This document shows positions 52,474 through 60,093 of a DNA stretch of 64,000 bases, piece by piece; position 1 is the first letter of the stretch; each line of letters opens with the position of its first letter. Origin of the DNA: a virus. A model generated the notes under the pieces. It was not told the DNA's origin. It saw nothing but the letters and a program-made list of their open reading frames with translations, and did no database searches. Made by a program: the position numbers and the translations under genes. Location of the stretch: the IMG/VR virus record IMGVR_UViG_3300042876_000344. One strand, 5' to 3'.

Positions 52474-52697
52474 GCGGTAACGAACCAAACAGCGAACCAA
52501 TCTTTTTTTGGAGTGGGGATAACCTCATCCTGAGAGAAACCGGCCAAGTGATTGGCGAAGTCGGAGAAGCCAAGATCTACGGCGCGCAAGCGTGGTCGCC
52601 CAAGACCCAGCGCTGGGATGGGAATCTGACGTTCTGGCCTACACGCGCCTTTGCCATGGCAGATGTAGAGAAGCGAGTTAAAGGAAGTCTACTATGA
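52470..52697 (+). CDS. small paralog family member P2
   Basis: ...FFWSGDNLILRETGQVIGEV...TFWPTRAFAMADVEKRV. ATGA coupling. Confidence 0.55.
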   Translation: MSGNEPNSEPIFFWSGDNLILRETGQVIGEVGEAKIYGAQAWSPKTQRWDGNLTFWPTRAFAMADVEKRVKGSLL

Positions 52698-52885
52698 CCT
52701 GGGACGGCCAATATCTCCTCGACGCCAACCTCAACCGCATCGGCATGGTCTGCATGGTGGGGTATTTCTACGATTCGATCGTCTTCTTCCGGGGGCAGTT
52801 CCACCTTGGGAAGACAGCGACCAACGTTCAGGCCAAGGAAGAGTTGGAGGCGTGGTGGCGGGACGTGCAGGCGGTGAGGCTATGA
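52694..52885 (+). CDS. small protein, short divergent member of the same array (P3)
   Basis: MTWDGQYLLDANLNRIGMV...GKTATNVQAKEELEAWW. ATGA coupling. Confidence 0.5.
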   Translation: MTWDGQYLLDANLNRIGMVCMVGYFYDSIVFFRGQFHLGKTATNVQAKEELEAWWRDVQAVRL

Positions 52886-53091
52886 ACCGCCTTTCATGGA
52901 ACGAAGAAAGCACGGGCAGCCACTTCGACGTCAGCTACGAAGCGCCTCTGCTATTTGCATGGGCGAATGGCATATATCTGGGCACCGCCACAATCGAAGA
53001 CGGGACTGTTGTGCCACCACCCGCACACCCATACGGCGACAACCCGGCTGAATGGGCAGCGGCGATCGCAAAGATGGAAGGGAGACTATGA
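52882..53091 (+). CDS. small hypothetical protein in the array (P4)
   Basis: ATGA coupling at both ends. Confidence 0.45.
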   Translation: MNRLSWNEESTGSHFDVSYEAPLLFAWANGIYLGTATIEDGTVVPPPAHPYGDNPAEWAAAIAKMEGRL

Positions 53092-53288
53092 AGCTCATAC
53101 GTTTCAAGTATCTGTATTTTGAAGATTACATTTTCGTCAACCCTAAGCATGTTCAAGCTGTATATAAATGCAGAAGAGAGGGGGCGGAGAAATTAGACGC
53201 AGCTGAAATGATGATCGGAGGGCAGCCTGTTCCAGTAGCAGAGTGTTTGGAGTCTGTGATTAACCTGCTACAGGAGGTGACACCGTGA
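53088..53288 (+). CDS. small hypothetical protein (AT-richer, unrelated sequence) in the array
   Basis: MKLIRFKYLYFEDYIFVNPKHVQAVYK... Confidence 0.45.
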   Translation: MKLIRFKYLYFEDYIFVNPKHVQAVYKCRREGAEKLDAAEMMIGGQPVPVAECLESVINLLQEVTP

Positions 53289-53494
53289 CCTGGTTCGACA
53301 CCGGCCCACGAATTTTCTCGCTCGACAACAACATGGGCGTAGTCTGGGAAACGCTCTACGACGGATGGCTAGGCTCTGTGACGATCAATGGCATTATTAC
53401 CCGGATGCCTTGCGCCCCCAACGCCGACTCCGCCAAGAAACTCGTCGAAGACTACTGGGAGGCAGCATGGGCACTCAAGCCTCAAAAACCATGA
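53285..53494 (+). CDS. small protein, array member (P6, GTG start)
   Basis: VTWFDTGPRIFSLDNNMGVVWE...NADSAKKLVEDYWEAAW. Confidence 0.5.
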   Translation: MTWFDTGPRIFSLDNNMGVVWETLYDGWLGSVTINGIITRMPCAPNADSAKKLVEDYWEAAWALKPQKP

Positions 53495-53742
53495 GCCCCT
53501 TCAAATGGACCAACGACCCCTGCAAGACCGGCCGCACCTGGCGACTCTCCCTCCGCGCCACCGGCCAGATCGTCGGCCGCGTTCTCACTGAGCCGCTCGA
53601 CGACGGCAGCATGGCGTTCACGGCGCTGATCTTCAAGCGTGGATGGGAATCACTTGGGAGTTATCTCACATGGCAGCAGGCAAAGAAAACAATTCAGAAC
53701 GAAATCTCTGGGCGCCTGGAATCCCCTACGACAAGTGGCTGA
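53491..53742 (+). CDS. small paralog family member (P7)
   Basis: MSPFKWTNDPCKTGRTWRLSLRATGQIVGRVL...LGSYLTWQQAKKTIQNEI. Confidence 0.55.
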   Translation: MSPFKWTNDPCKTGRTWRLSLRATGQIVGRVLTEPLDDGSMAFTALIFKRGWESLGSYLTWQQAKKTIQNEISGRLESPTTSG

Positions 53743-53915
53743 TGATGCAGAAGCATTGCACGCCGGCCGAACTTGAAGAGTATAGGAAGGAGCAAGAACG
53801 TGCCAGAATCACCGAATCTTCTAAACGCGATGTTCGGAAGAAATCAATGCGAGGACGACCAGTCGATCCCCAACTCCCAATACATGGGGCCGACCGCACG
53901 CTGGGTTCTGAATAA
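53742..53915 (+). CDS. small hypothetical protein (57 aa); its 3' half is probably overprinted by the next gene
   Basis: ATG shares a base with the upstream TGA. Third-position GC is high only in the first half. Confidence 0.3.
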   Translation: MMQKHCTPAELEEYRKEQERARITESSKRDVRKKSMRGRPVDPQLPIHGADRTLGSE

Positions 53916-54096
53916 AACACCAACGCCCCGCCGCTTCCCCGTCGCCATCCAGCCGCGGCGGATCATGCAGGTGCAAGCGCAGGTCAGACGGAAGAAGAAA
54001 ATAGAAGAAGACAGGAAAAAGCGCATCGCGGAGTGGTTAGCAATAGAGATGTTCGGAGAGCCCGGCCGGTGCCCCTGGTGGCGGAGGTGGCTATGA
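53830..54096 (+). CDS. small basic protein (hypothetical); start uncertain
   Basis: Frame of track ORF 53773-54096. Third-position GC becomes high after about 53840. Candidate starts are GTG 53800, ATG 53830 and ATG 53886. Confidence 0.4.
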   Translation: MFGRNQCEDDQSIPNSQYMGPTARWVLNKTPTPRRFPVAIQPRRIMQVQAQVRRKKKIEEDRKKRIAEWLAIEMFGEPGRCPWWRRWL

Positions 54097-54323
54097 ATAG
54101 CCCATCCGCACCTCGTTTTACCTGGAAGACGAAAAAAGACACGCGAGTTCTATACTCCACCAGCAAAAAACAGCTTGGTGCCGTATGCCACGATCGCGCC
54201 TCATTCTACTTGATTGCCTATGTCGGGAGGAGAGATCTCTACATCGGGAGTTATCCGACAGAAAATCGAGCCCGAGCCGCACTCATCCGGTGGTGGCTGA
54301 GGATCGTGAGGACTGAACTATGA
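54093..54323 (+). CDS. small paralog family member (P8)
   Basis: ...PRFTWKTKKDTRVLYSTSKKQLGAV...LYIGSYPTENRARAALIRWW. Confidence 0.55.
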   Translation: MNSPSAPRFTWKTKKDTRVLYSTSKKQLGAVCHDRASFYLIAYVGRRDLYIGSYPTENRARAALIRWWLRIVRTEL

Positions 54324-54586
54324 GCGAAAGCATCACCTTCACCATCATCTACGACAGCTTCACCTGCCCGTTCTGCATGGCCAGCGTCAAAACTCCGCAC
54401 AGCGGGAGGCTCCACACATGCTCGCGTTGCGGTGAGGCGTTCTGGCGCGGCGGCGTGCCTGACACCACTCAGCCCCCCGCCTGCGACAACTGCCTCTTCG
54501 CCCGCGGCTACTCCTGCTGCGCGCACCCCACCACCATCCCATTCTCGGAGCGTCGGTGGTGCGGAGAGTGGAGGGCAGCGCGATGA
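54320..54586 (+). CDS. Cys-rich zinc-finger-like protein
   Basis: CPFC...CSRCG...CDNC... Confidence 0.55.
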   Translation: MSESITFTIIYDSFTCPFCMASVKTPHSGRLHTCSRCGEAFWRGGVPDTTQPPACDNCLFARGYSCCAHPTTIPFSERRWCGEWRAAR

Positions 54587-54804
54587 CCCCCTCCTGCACC
54601 TGCGGCCACTGCCGCCGCTGCATCGCCCGCGAGTACCAGAAACGCCGCGGCCGTACCGTCCTGCCCACCACGTTCGAGCAGGCCGTCGAAGCACGCAAAC
54701 ACTCAGCCGGCCTGCTGATGTGGCCGCATATCAGCCAGTCCATCCGGACGCTGGAGGATTCCTTCCCGCATCTGCGCAATACTCAGATAGGGGACCCATG
54801 CTGA
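54583..54804 (+). CDS. small Cys-containing protein (hypothetical)
   Basis: ATGA coupling. MTPSCTCGHCRRCIAREYQKRRG... Confidence 0.5.
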   Translation: MTPSCTCGHCRRCIAREYQKRRGRTVLPTTFEQAVEARKHSAGLLMWPHISQSIRTLEDSFPHLRNTQIGDPC

Positions 54805-54962
54805 AACTCATCATCGAGATCCCAGCCCTCGACCGGCTCCTCGACTACCTCGAAGGCCGGGAAATTTCAACCCTCACTGCGGAGATCATCCGTCTCACCG
54901 CAAAACTCGCAACGTCCGAATCCACTCTCAAGGAGTCTATCTCAAATGGCCAACTTCGCTGA
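54798..54962 (+). CDS. small helical protein (54 aa)
   Basis: MLKLIIEIPALDRLLDYLEGREISTLTAEIIRLTAKL... Confidence 0.4.
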   Translation: MLKLIIEIPALDRLLDYLEGREISTLTAEIIRLTAKLATSESTLKESISNGQLR

Positions 54963-55209
54963 ACTCGCCGCGGCAGTCGCCGCCCTCTCTGAACAGGTCG
55001 CCGCCACCGAAGGCACTGAAGCCTCCGCCGTCGCCCTCATCAACGGCTTCGCAACCCAGGTCACCACCGCCGTCGAAGCCGCCCTCACCGCCGACAACGC
55101 CGCCGATGACGCCTCCATCGCCGCCGCCAAACAGGCCATCGTCGACGTTACCGCCCGCTTCAACGCCTCGGCCGCGGTGCTTGGCGCTGCCGTGGCGAGC
55201 AACCAGTAG
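54946..55209 (+). CDS. Ala-rich helical protein (hypothetical), last gene before the terminator
   Basis: 87-aa ORF followed by a hairpin and T-run. Confidence 0.5.
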   Translation: MANFAELAAAVAALSEQVAATEGTEASAVALINGFATQVTTAVEAALTADNAADDASIAAAKQAIVDVTARFNASAAVLGAAVASNQ

Positions 55210-55228
55210 ATTAAAACCGTATCATCTG

Positions 55229-55259
55229 AAACCGGGGGCTGAAAAGCTCCCGGTTTTTT
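55229..55259 (+). terminator. rho-independent terminator
   Basis: AAACCGGGGG / CTCCCGGTTT stem (9/10 paired), 8-nt loop, then a run of T residues. Confidence 0.7.
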
Positions 55260-55260
55260 G

Positions 55261-55290
55261 TTGACATTGAGTCCTCTATTCTAATAGAGT
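55261..55290 (+). promoter_or_regulatory. sigma70-like promoter TTGACA-18 nt-TAGAGT with an overlapping palindrome CTCTATTctAATAGAG (55274-55289)
   Basis: Immediately after the terminator. ATG 55297 lies 6 nt after the -10 with no SD. Confidence 0.45.
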
Positions 55291-55296
55291 ATCCTC

Positions 55297-55467
55297 ATGA
55301 CTACCAGCCTAGCCTCCCCTCGGCAAGCAGCAGAGCACCTCGCACTCAACAAAAACACTGTCTATAAAATGATCCGCGACAAGCGTATCCCCTCCGTCAA
55401 AATCGGCAAGGCCGTCCGCATTCCCTGGCGTTGGCTCCACGCACAGGCGGAGGCGGCCGGGAAATGA
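55297..55467 (+). CDS. excisionase/AlpA-type helix-turn-helix DNA-binding protein (56 aa, not in the track)
   Basis: MTTSLASPRQAAEHLALNKNTVYKMIRDKRIPSVKIGKAVRIPWRWL matches the excisionase-family HTH pattern. ATGA-coupled to the next gene. Confidence 0.65.
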   Translation: MTTSLASPRQAAEHLALNKNTVYKMIRDKRIPSVKIGKAVRIPWRWLHAQAEAAGK

Positions 55468-55856
55468 AAATCAAACGGCCCGCCTACTACGACCTCGACT
55501 TCGCCAGCGAACTCGAAGCTCGATGGTTCGTTCTCTTCGCGGAGCAGGGCACGAAGATCATCCTGCACCCAGACTCCCCTGAAGGATGGGAGAAATTCCC
55601 AACACAGCCTTCATTCTTGATCGACGACATATGGTGCTACGCTCTCGTCGTGCCGCAAGGCAAGTCTCCATCAAAGAAAGTCCTGGCCGATTTCAAGGAG
55701 TGGGACGGCGAAGGGGCATCGGGCCTCTGGGTCTTTGAGGGCCCTCCGGCCGACAAACTCTACGATGGCGTCCACCCTAGCCTCTACTGGAAGAATATTC
55801 CAACCCCGGAATTCGAACGCGCACTCAAGATCGCCCTTTCCATCCAGTTCGAGTAG
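55464..55856 (+). CDS. hypothetical protein upstream of the primase
   Basis: 130 aa. MKIKRPAYYDLDFASELEARWFVLF... Confidence 0.55.
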   Translation: MKIKRPAYYDLDFASELEARWFVLFAEQGTKIILHPDSPEGWEKFPTQPSFLIDDIWCYALVVPQGKSPSKKVLADFKEWDGEGASGLWVFEGPPADKLYDGVHPSLYWKNIPTPEFERALKIALSIQFE

Positions 55857-55864
55857 TCACCACC

Positions 55865-57856
55865 ATGACAGCCATGCCCTCCCACTCATCCTCCCCCATG
55901 CTCGAATGGGCCCTCCGCTACGCCGCCATGGGCTGGCCCGTCTTCCGGCTTCAGGGGAAAAAACCCGTCAAGGACACCCACGGATTCAAGGACGCCACGA
56001 CCGATCCCGACCAGATCCGCGACTGGTGGCGCGTCAACTACAACATCGGGATCCACTGCAGTCAGTTCTGGGTCCTCGACGTCGATCCCGCGAAGGGTGG
56101 CTTCACATCTCTCCAATCCTTCCCTGAAAAACTCGATACCCTCACCCAGATCACGGGCTCCGGCGGCCGGCACTACCTCTTCCAGAACCCCGGCTTCCAC
56201 GTCAGCAACTCATCCGAATCCATCGCCCCTGGCGTCGACGTTCGAGGATCGGACGGCTACATCGTCGCCTGCCCCTCCATCCACCCGGATACCCGCAAAC
56301 CCTACGAATGGTACGGGACCAAGGACCCCACTCCCCAGGACATCAAACCCGCCCCTCAGTGGCTCCTCGACAAACTGACGAAACCAGCCCCGCCGGCGCC
56401 CATCACCATTTCCGAGAAAATCTCCAAGGGCCAGCGCCACAAAACCCTCACCTCTCTCGCCGGCACCATGCGACGCCGCGGCTGCACTCCCGAGGAAATC
56501 CTCGCAGCTATCCGCGTCACCAACTCCACCCGCTGTGACCCGCCCTACAACGACAAACACCTCCAGCAGATCGCCAACAGCATGGAGAAATACGCACCGG
56601 CTTTATCCCCCGCGGAAACGCCGGTCGAGGTCTCAACCCTCCCCGACTGGACCAAAATGCTCCAGCGCAATGACAAGGGCAAACCCATCCCCAACGTCGT
56701 CAACGCCTCTCTCCCCCTCAACTTCGACCCCGCCTTCGCCGACGCCATCCGCTTCAACCTCCTCCGATCCTCCATCGAAATCTCCCGCAACATCCCCGAG
56801 ATGCTCGTCTACAACGCCCCCTGCGAATGGGCCGACAAACACGACATCGCCTACGCCGCATGGTGCCAAACCAAGGGAATCCAGATCGCCCCCACCACCG
56901 CAGCCCACGCCGCCATCCTTATCTCCAACCTCAGATCCTTTCACCCCGTCCAGGAATACCTGAACTCTCTCGTCTGGGACGGCGTTCCGCGGATCACCAC
57001 CTGGCTCAACGCCTACTGCGGCGTCGAGGACAACCTCTATACCCAGACCGTCGGCCGCAAATGGCTTATCTCCGCCGTCAACCGCGCCCTCCACCCCGGA
57101 TGCAAGGTCGACTCCTGCCTCATCCTCGAAGGCAAACAGAACATCGGCAAATCCCGGGCCCTCAACATCCTCGGCGGAGACTGGTACACCGACCAGATCA
57201 AGGATCTCGACTCCAACGACGCCGCCCTCCAGGCTTCCCGCGTCTGGATCGTCGAAATCGGCGAGCTCGACGCCTTCCGCAAATCCGAAACTACCGCCTT
57301 CAAGGCCTTCCTCTCACGCCAAATCGACCAGTTCCGACCCGCCTACGGCCGCCACGTCCAAACATTCCCCCGCCAGTGCGTCTTCGCCGGCACCACCAAC
57401 CAGGATCAGTACCTCCACGACGAAACAGGGAATAGGCGTTTCTGGCCCGTACGCTGCCACCAGATCCTCCAGGACGCCCTCGCCACCGATAGGGACCAAC
57501 TCTGGGCCGAGGCCGTCGTAGCGGCCAATTCCGGCGAACCCTGCTGGATCGAGGACGCCGACGTCATCACCGCCGCCACCGGCGAAGCCAATATCCGCTT
57601 CATCGACGACGCCTGGGCCGAAAAACTTATCCCTTGGATGGTCGACCGCTTCGCCATGGGCGACAGATTCGTCACCACCTCTCAACTCCTCGAATCCTGC
57701 CTCGACATGCGCACCAAGGACTGGACCCAGCGCGATCAGGACCGCGTGGCTAAAATCCTACGCCAACTCCACTTCGCGCGCCGCAAATTCCGCTCCGGTC
57801 AATCAGTCGTCTGGGGATGGCATCCAACCTCAGACTCCACCTCCCCATTCGACTAG
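55865..57856 (+). CDS. bifunctional Prim-Pol primase fused to a VirE/D5-like P-loop helicase domain
   Basis: Prim-Pol blocks GWPVFRL..GKKP..KDAT, VLDVD and GGRHYLF. PriCT-like GQRHKTLTSLAGTMRRRG. P-loop LEGKQNIGKS. Confidence 0.9.
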   Translation: MTAMPSHSSSPMLEWALRYAAMGWPVFRLQGKKPVKDTHGFKDATTDPDQIRDWWRVNYNIGIHCSQFWVLDVDPAKGGFTSLQSFPEKLDTLTQITGSGGRHYLFQNPGFHVSNSSESIAPGVDVRGSDGYIVACPSIHPDTRKPYEWYGTKDPTPQDIKPAPQWLLDKLTKPAPPAPITISEKISKGQRHKTLTSLAGTMRRRGCTPEEILAAIRVTNSTRCDPPYNDKHLQQIANSMEKYAPALSPAETPVEVSTLPDWTKMLQRNDKGKPIPNVVNASLPLNFDPAFADAIRFNLLRSSIEISRNIPEMLVYNAPCEWADKHDIAYAAWCQTKGIQIAPTTAAHAAILISNLRSFHPVQEYLNSLVWDGVPRITTWLNAYCGVEDNLYTQTVGRKWLISAVNRALHPGCKVDSCLILEGKQNIGKSRALNILGGDWYTDQIKDLDSNDAALQASRVWIVEIGELDAFRKSETTAFKAFLSRQIDQFRPAYGRHVQTFPRQCVFAGTTNQDQYLHDETGNRRFWPVRCHQILQDALATDRDQLWAEAVVAANSGEPCWIEDADVITAATGEANIRFIDDAWAEKLIPWMVDRFAMGDRFVTTSQLLESCLDMRTKDWTQRDQDRVAKILRQLHFARRKFRSGQSVVWGWHPTSDSTSPFD

Positions 57857-57897
57857 AGGCCAAGAGGCCAAGAGGCCAAGAGGAACATGAGGAACAT
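57856..57897. repeat. tandem repeats GAGGCCAA x3 followed by GAGGAACAT x2, starting at the primase stop codon
   Basis: Read directly. Confidence 0.85.
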
Positions 57898-58143
57898 TTG
57901 TTACCCTCCGCAAGTCATTGATTCATTACCTATGTACCCTATGTTCCTCTTGTTCCCCCTATATACTGATACATTATACATATCGTATACCGCCTACGGT
58001 ACACCACCACCCCCCCCCCTGTTCCCCACGCCTCTAGGGAAATGGGTGCAACATAGAGGAACGGAGGAACAAATCTCGCAACCTCCAAAGAATCAATTAG
58101 ATACAGACTGCAGGCAAAGAGGAACATCTGTTCCCCGTTCCTC
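57880..58143. repeat. iteron-like cluster: 10 copies of G(A/G)GGAAC in both orientations, flanking an AT-rich stretch (57961-57990) and a C9 run
   Basis: GAGGAAC on the plus strand at 57880, 57889, 58056, 58064 and 58119. GAGGAAC on the minus strand at 57943-57949 and 58137-58143. GGGGAAC on the minus strand at 57952-57958, 58021-58027 and 58130-58136. Confidence 0.75.
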
Positions 58144-58385
58144 TCAAATAGGGGACCCATCGCCAAAATGGACCAGGCAGTACCCAGTCCGTCGTACCTC
58201 CGCCCAGGCAGGCCTAGCTAAAACGCGCGCAAGGGGACCCGTGCACGCGCGGGGGTAGGGGGAGGGGGTGGTCTCGCGCGCAGGACATTGCCCTAGTCTT
58301 GGACATGTCCTGGACTACAGACAGAGCAGGACTACAGTCAAGACACGAGACAAGACACGAGACCAGTCGGTTCCGATAATGGTGA

Positions 58386-59099
58386 TTATCGGGCAGGTGG
58401 AGGCGGTGGCGGCGGGGCGAAGGGGTCGATGCCCTGGCCGATGAGCCTGATGGCCTGCTTGCGTTCGGCGGCACTCAACTTTTGAAGGAGCTGCATTCGG
58501 CTCGGCGGCTTTGGCGGCTTCGGTTGCCGCTTGACGGGCGGTGGCAGCTCGGCAACCGGTTCAGGGTCAGGCTCAGGTGCCGGCAACGCCTCAACCTCAA
58601 CCACCTGGCCCTGGTCCTGCTCCTGGCCCTCATCCAGGACCTGCGGAGTGTAGACCAGCATCTGAACGGTGGTCTGCGAGTGAACCTGGTTCACCTCGCC
58701 TCGAAGCTGGGCCTGGAGCTGAAGTGCTGCCGTTTCAGCACGATCCACGGACGCCCACCCGGAAACGTCCTTGTCCTTCTCCGCGAGATCCAGTATCCGG
58801 TCATAGCGGGCGAGCTTCTTCGCCACGAGGTCGGCGGTACTGGTTTGAGCGATCAGCGCCGGTAGCACGTTTTTAGTCATTCGTGCTACGCCGGCAGCGT
58901 CCTTGTTAACTTGAGACCGGGTATTGGGATAGTTTCCGAGGGCGGCTGGTCTAACGATACGTTGCTTAAAACGGCTGAGGGTTTGGCAGGTGAGGCCAAA
59001 ATCGGATGCTATCGACCTGAGCGTATCTCCCGCTAAGATTCTGGAAATAATAGCCTTAGACTCCGGGTGCGATGCGATCTTGGAGGAAAAGTTGCTCAC
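58386..59099 (-). CDS. HTH DNA-binding protein; possible small terminase subunit or regulator
   Basis: N-terminal HTH SRILAGDTLRSIASDFGLTCQTLSRF, central coiled coil, acidic and Pro-rich C-terminus. Confidence 0.6.
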   Translation of the reverse strand: MSNFSSKIASHPESKAIISRILAGDTLRSIASDFGLTCQTLSRFKQRIVRPAALGNYPNTRSQVNKDAAGVARMTKNVLPALIAQTSTADLVAKKLARYDRILDLAEKDKDVSGWASVDRAETAALQLQAQLRGEVNQVHSQTTVQMLVYTPQVLDEGQEQDQGQVVEVEALPAPEPDPEPVAELPPPVKRQPKPPKPPSRMQLLQKLSAAERKQAIRLIGQGIDPFAPPPPPPPAR

Positions 59100-59250
59100 A
59101 ATCCGATTTTGGGCGGGTGAAAGTGCGTTTTCGCTCGGCTTGGAGTCGGTTTGAGTCGGTTTTTGGGGGCCGAACGGCGGTAAAGCTGCCCGCTAAAAAG
59201 AATATTTCGTTTATTTTCAGTAGTTTAAGGCGCCATAGGATTCATCCTAG

Positions 59251-59279
59251 TTGTTTCGTACAGAGTTCCGATATCAAAT
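59251..59279 (+). promoter_or_regulatory. weak promoter-like element TTGTTT-17 nt-TCAAAT, with ATG 6 nt after the -10
   Basis: Same geometry as the three stronger promoter and ATG pairs. AT-rich intergenic region. Confidence 0.25.
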
Positions 59280-59285
59280 GAACAC

Positions 59286-59435
59286 ATGACGCCGACACAA
59301 GGAATTTGGAGAGCGAAAACGGCGGCGATAGGTGCGGCGAGCCCGTACCGGGCGGCGTTGCGGTCGTTGTTGGCTGATGGATGCCCGCGCCGGTTGGCGG
59401 GGCAGATAGCGAGGAAAATATGCGCGGGCAGTTAG
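59286..59435 (+). CDS. possible small protein (49 aa)
   Basis: Hand translation MTPTQGIWRAKTAAIGAASPYRAALRSLLADGCPRRLAGQIARKICAGS. High third-position GC. 16-nt overlap with the next gene. Confidence 0.3.
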   Translation: MTPTQGIWRAKTAAIGAASPYRAALRSLLADGCPRRLAGQIARKICAGS

Positions 59436-59641
59436 ATGTTCTGCGGGAAATAGCGCACGCGGCGGGGTTCGTGGCGTATACGGTGGAACTGGACGCGGGC
59501 GAAGTGCTGGAAGTCAGCATGGAACGCGATAACGGCGACCACCTGAAGATTATAGGCCGGTGGTGGTATTACACGCCATGGGGCGCGACACTACCGACGA
59601 TTGGGATGGACCAGGCGACGTTGAAGGCGGTGACGAAATGA
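59420..59641 (+). CDS. small hypothetical protein
   Basis: GAGG 6 nt upstream. MRGQLDVLREIAHAAGF... Confidence 0.5.
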   Translation: MRGQLDVLREIAHAAGFVAYTVELDAGEVLEVSMERDNGDHLKIIGRWWYYTPWGATLPTIGMDQATLKAVTK

Positions 59642-59862
59642 AGGGGCAACTAGAGATTCTTCACGGCCTCTGGGCGATCCGCTGGGAAGGGGGCCGGGTG
59701 GATTTCACCCGGTTCCCGCCGACAGTGAAAGCAGAGCGTGTGCTGCGGGCGGTTCAAGCGGAGTTTAAGGGATTTGAAATAACCGGTCCGGCAGAGCCGG
59801 GCTGGTTATTTGATGAGATGTGGGAAGTAACGCCGTTGTTTGCGGCGGAAGGAGAGAAATGA
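59638..59862 (+). CDS. small hypothetical protein (N-terminus similar to the previous gene)
   Basis: ATGA coupling. MKGQLEILHGLWAIRW... Confidence 0.5.
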   Translation: MKGQLEILHGLWAIRWEGGRVDFTRFPPTVKAERVLRAVQAEFKGFEITGPAEPGWLFDEMWEVTPLFAAEGEK

Positions 59863-60023
59863 GAAACGTAACGTTGTACCGGAGCGCGGGCGGTGTGCTG
59901 GTCACCCGCCGACGCGTGAGAGATGCTCGGGCGGATCTGAGGATTCACCCGGAGCTGTGGATGCCGGTTTATGACCCGACGCCGTTACTGGCAGTGGGGG
60001 AATCACTGGAGGTGCGGCGCTGA
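59859..60023 (+). CDS. small hypothetical protein (54 aa)
   Basis: ATGA coupling. MRNVTLYRSAGGVLVTRRRV... Confidence 0.4.
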   Translation: MRNVTLYRSAGGVLVTRRRVRDARADLRIHPELWMPVYDPTPLLAVGESLEVRR

Positions 60024-60093
60024 GCAACCGATCGTGCCGCCGGTTTGGATCGGCGGCAGTGTCGGGGGTTCAGCCCCGGGAAGGAATGAGGAA

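Noticed and set aside
54784-54799. 16-mer CAGATAGGGGACCCAT, matching 58145-58160 (CAAATAGGGGACCCAT) at 15/16 positions
   Set aside because: A rough estimate for a 64-kb window on both strands predicts tens of chance 15/16 matches, and there is no supporting context.
57887-58258. 123-aa plus-strand ORF (MRNICYPPQVIDSLPMYPMFLLFPLY...) covering the repeat region after the primase
   Set aside because: It is built from the iterons, the AT-rich stretch and the C9 run. It has an odd composition, no RBS and no coupling. The region is better explained as non-coding and regulatory.
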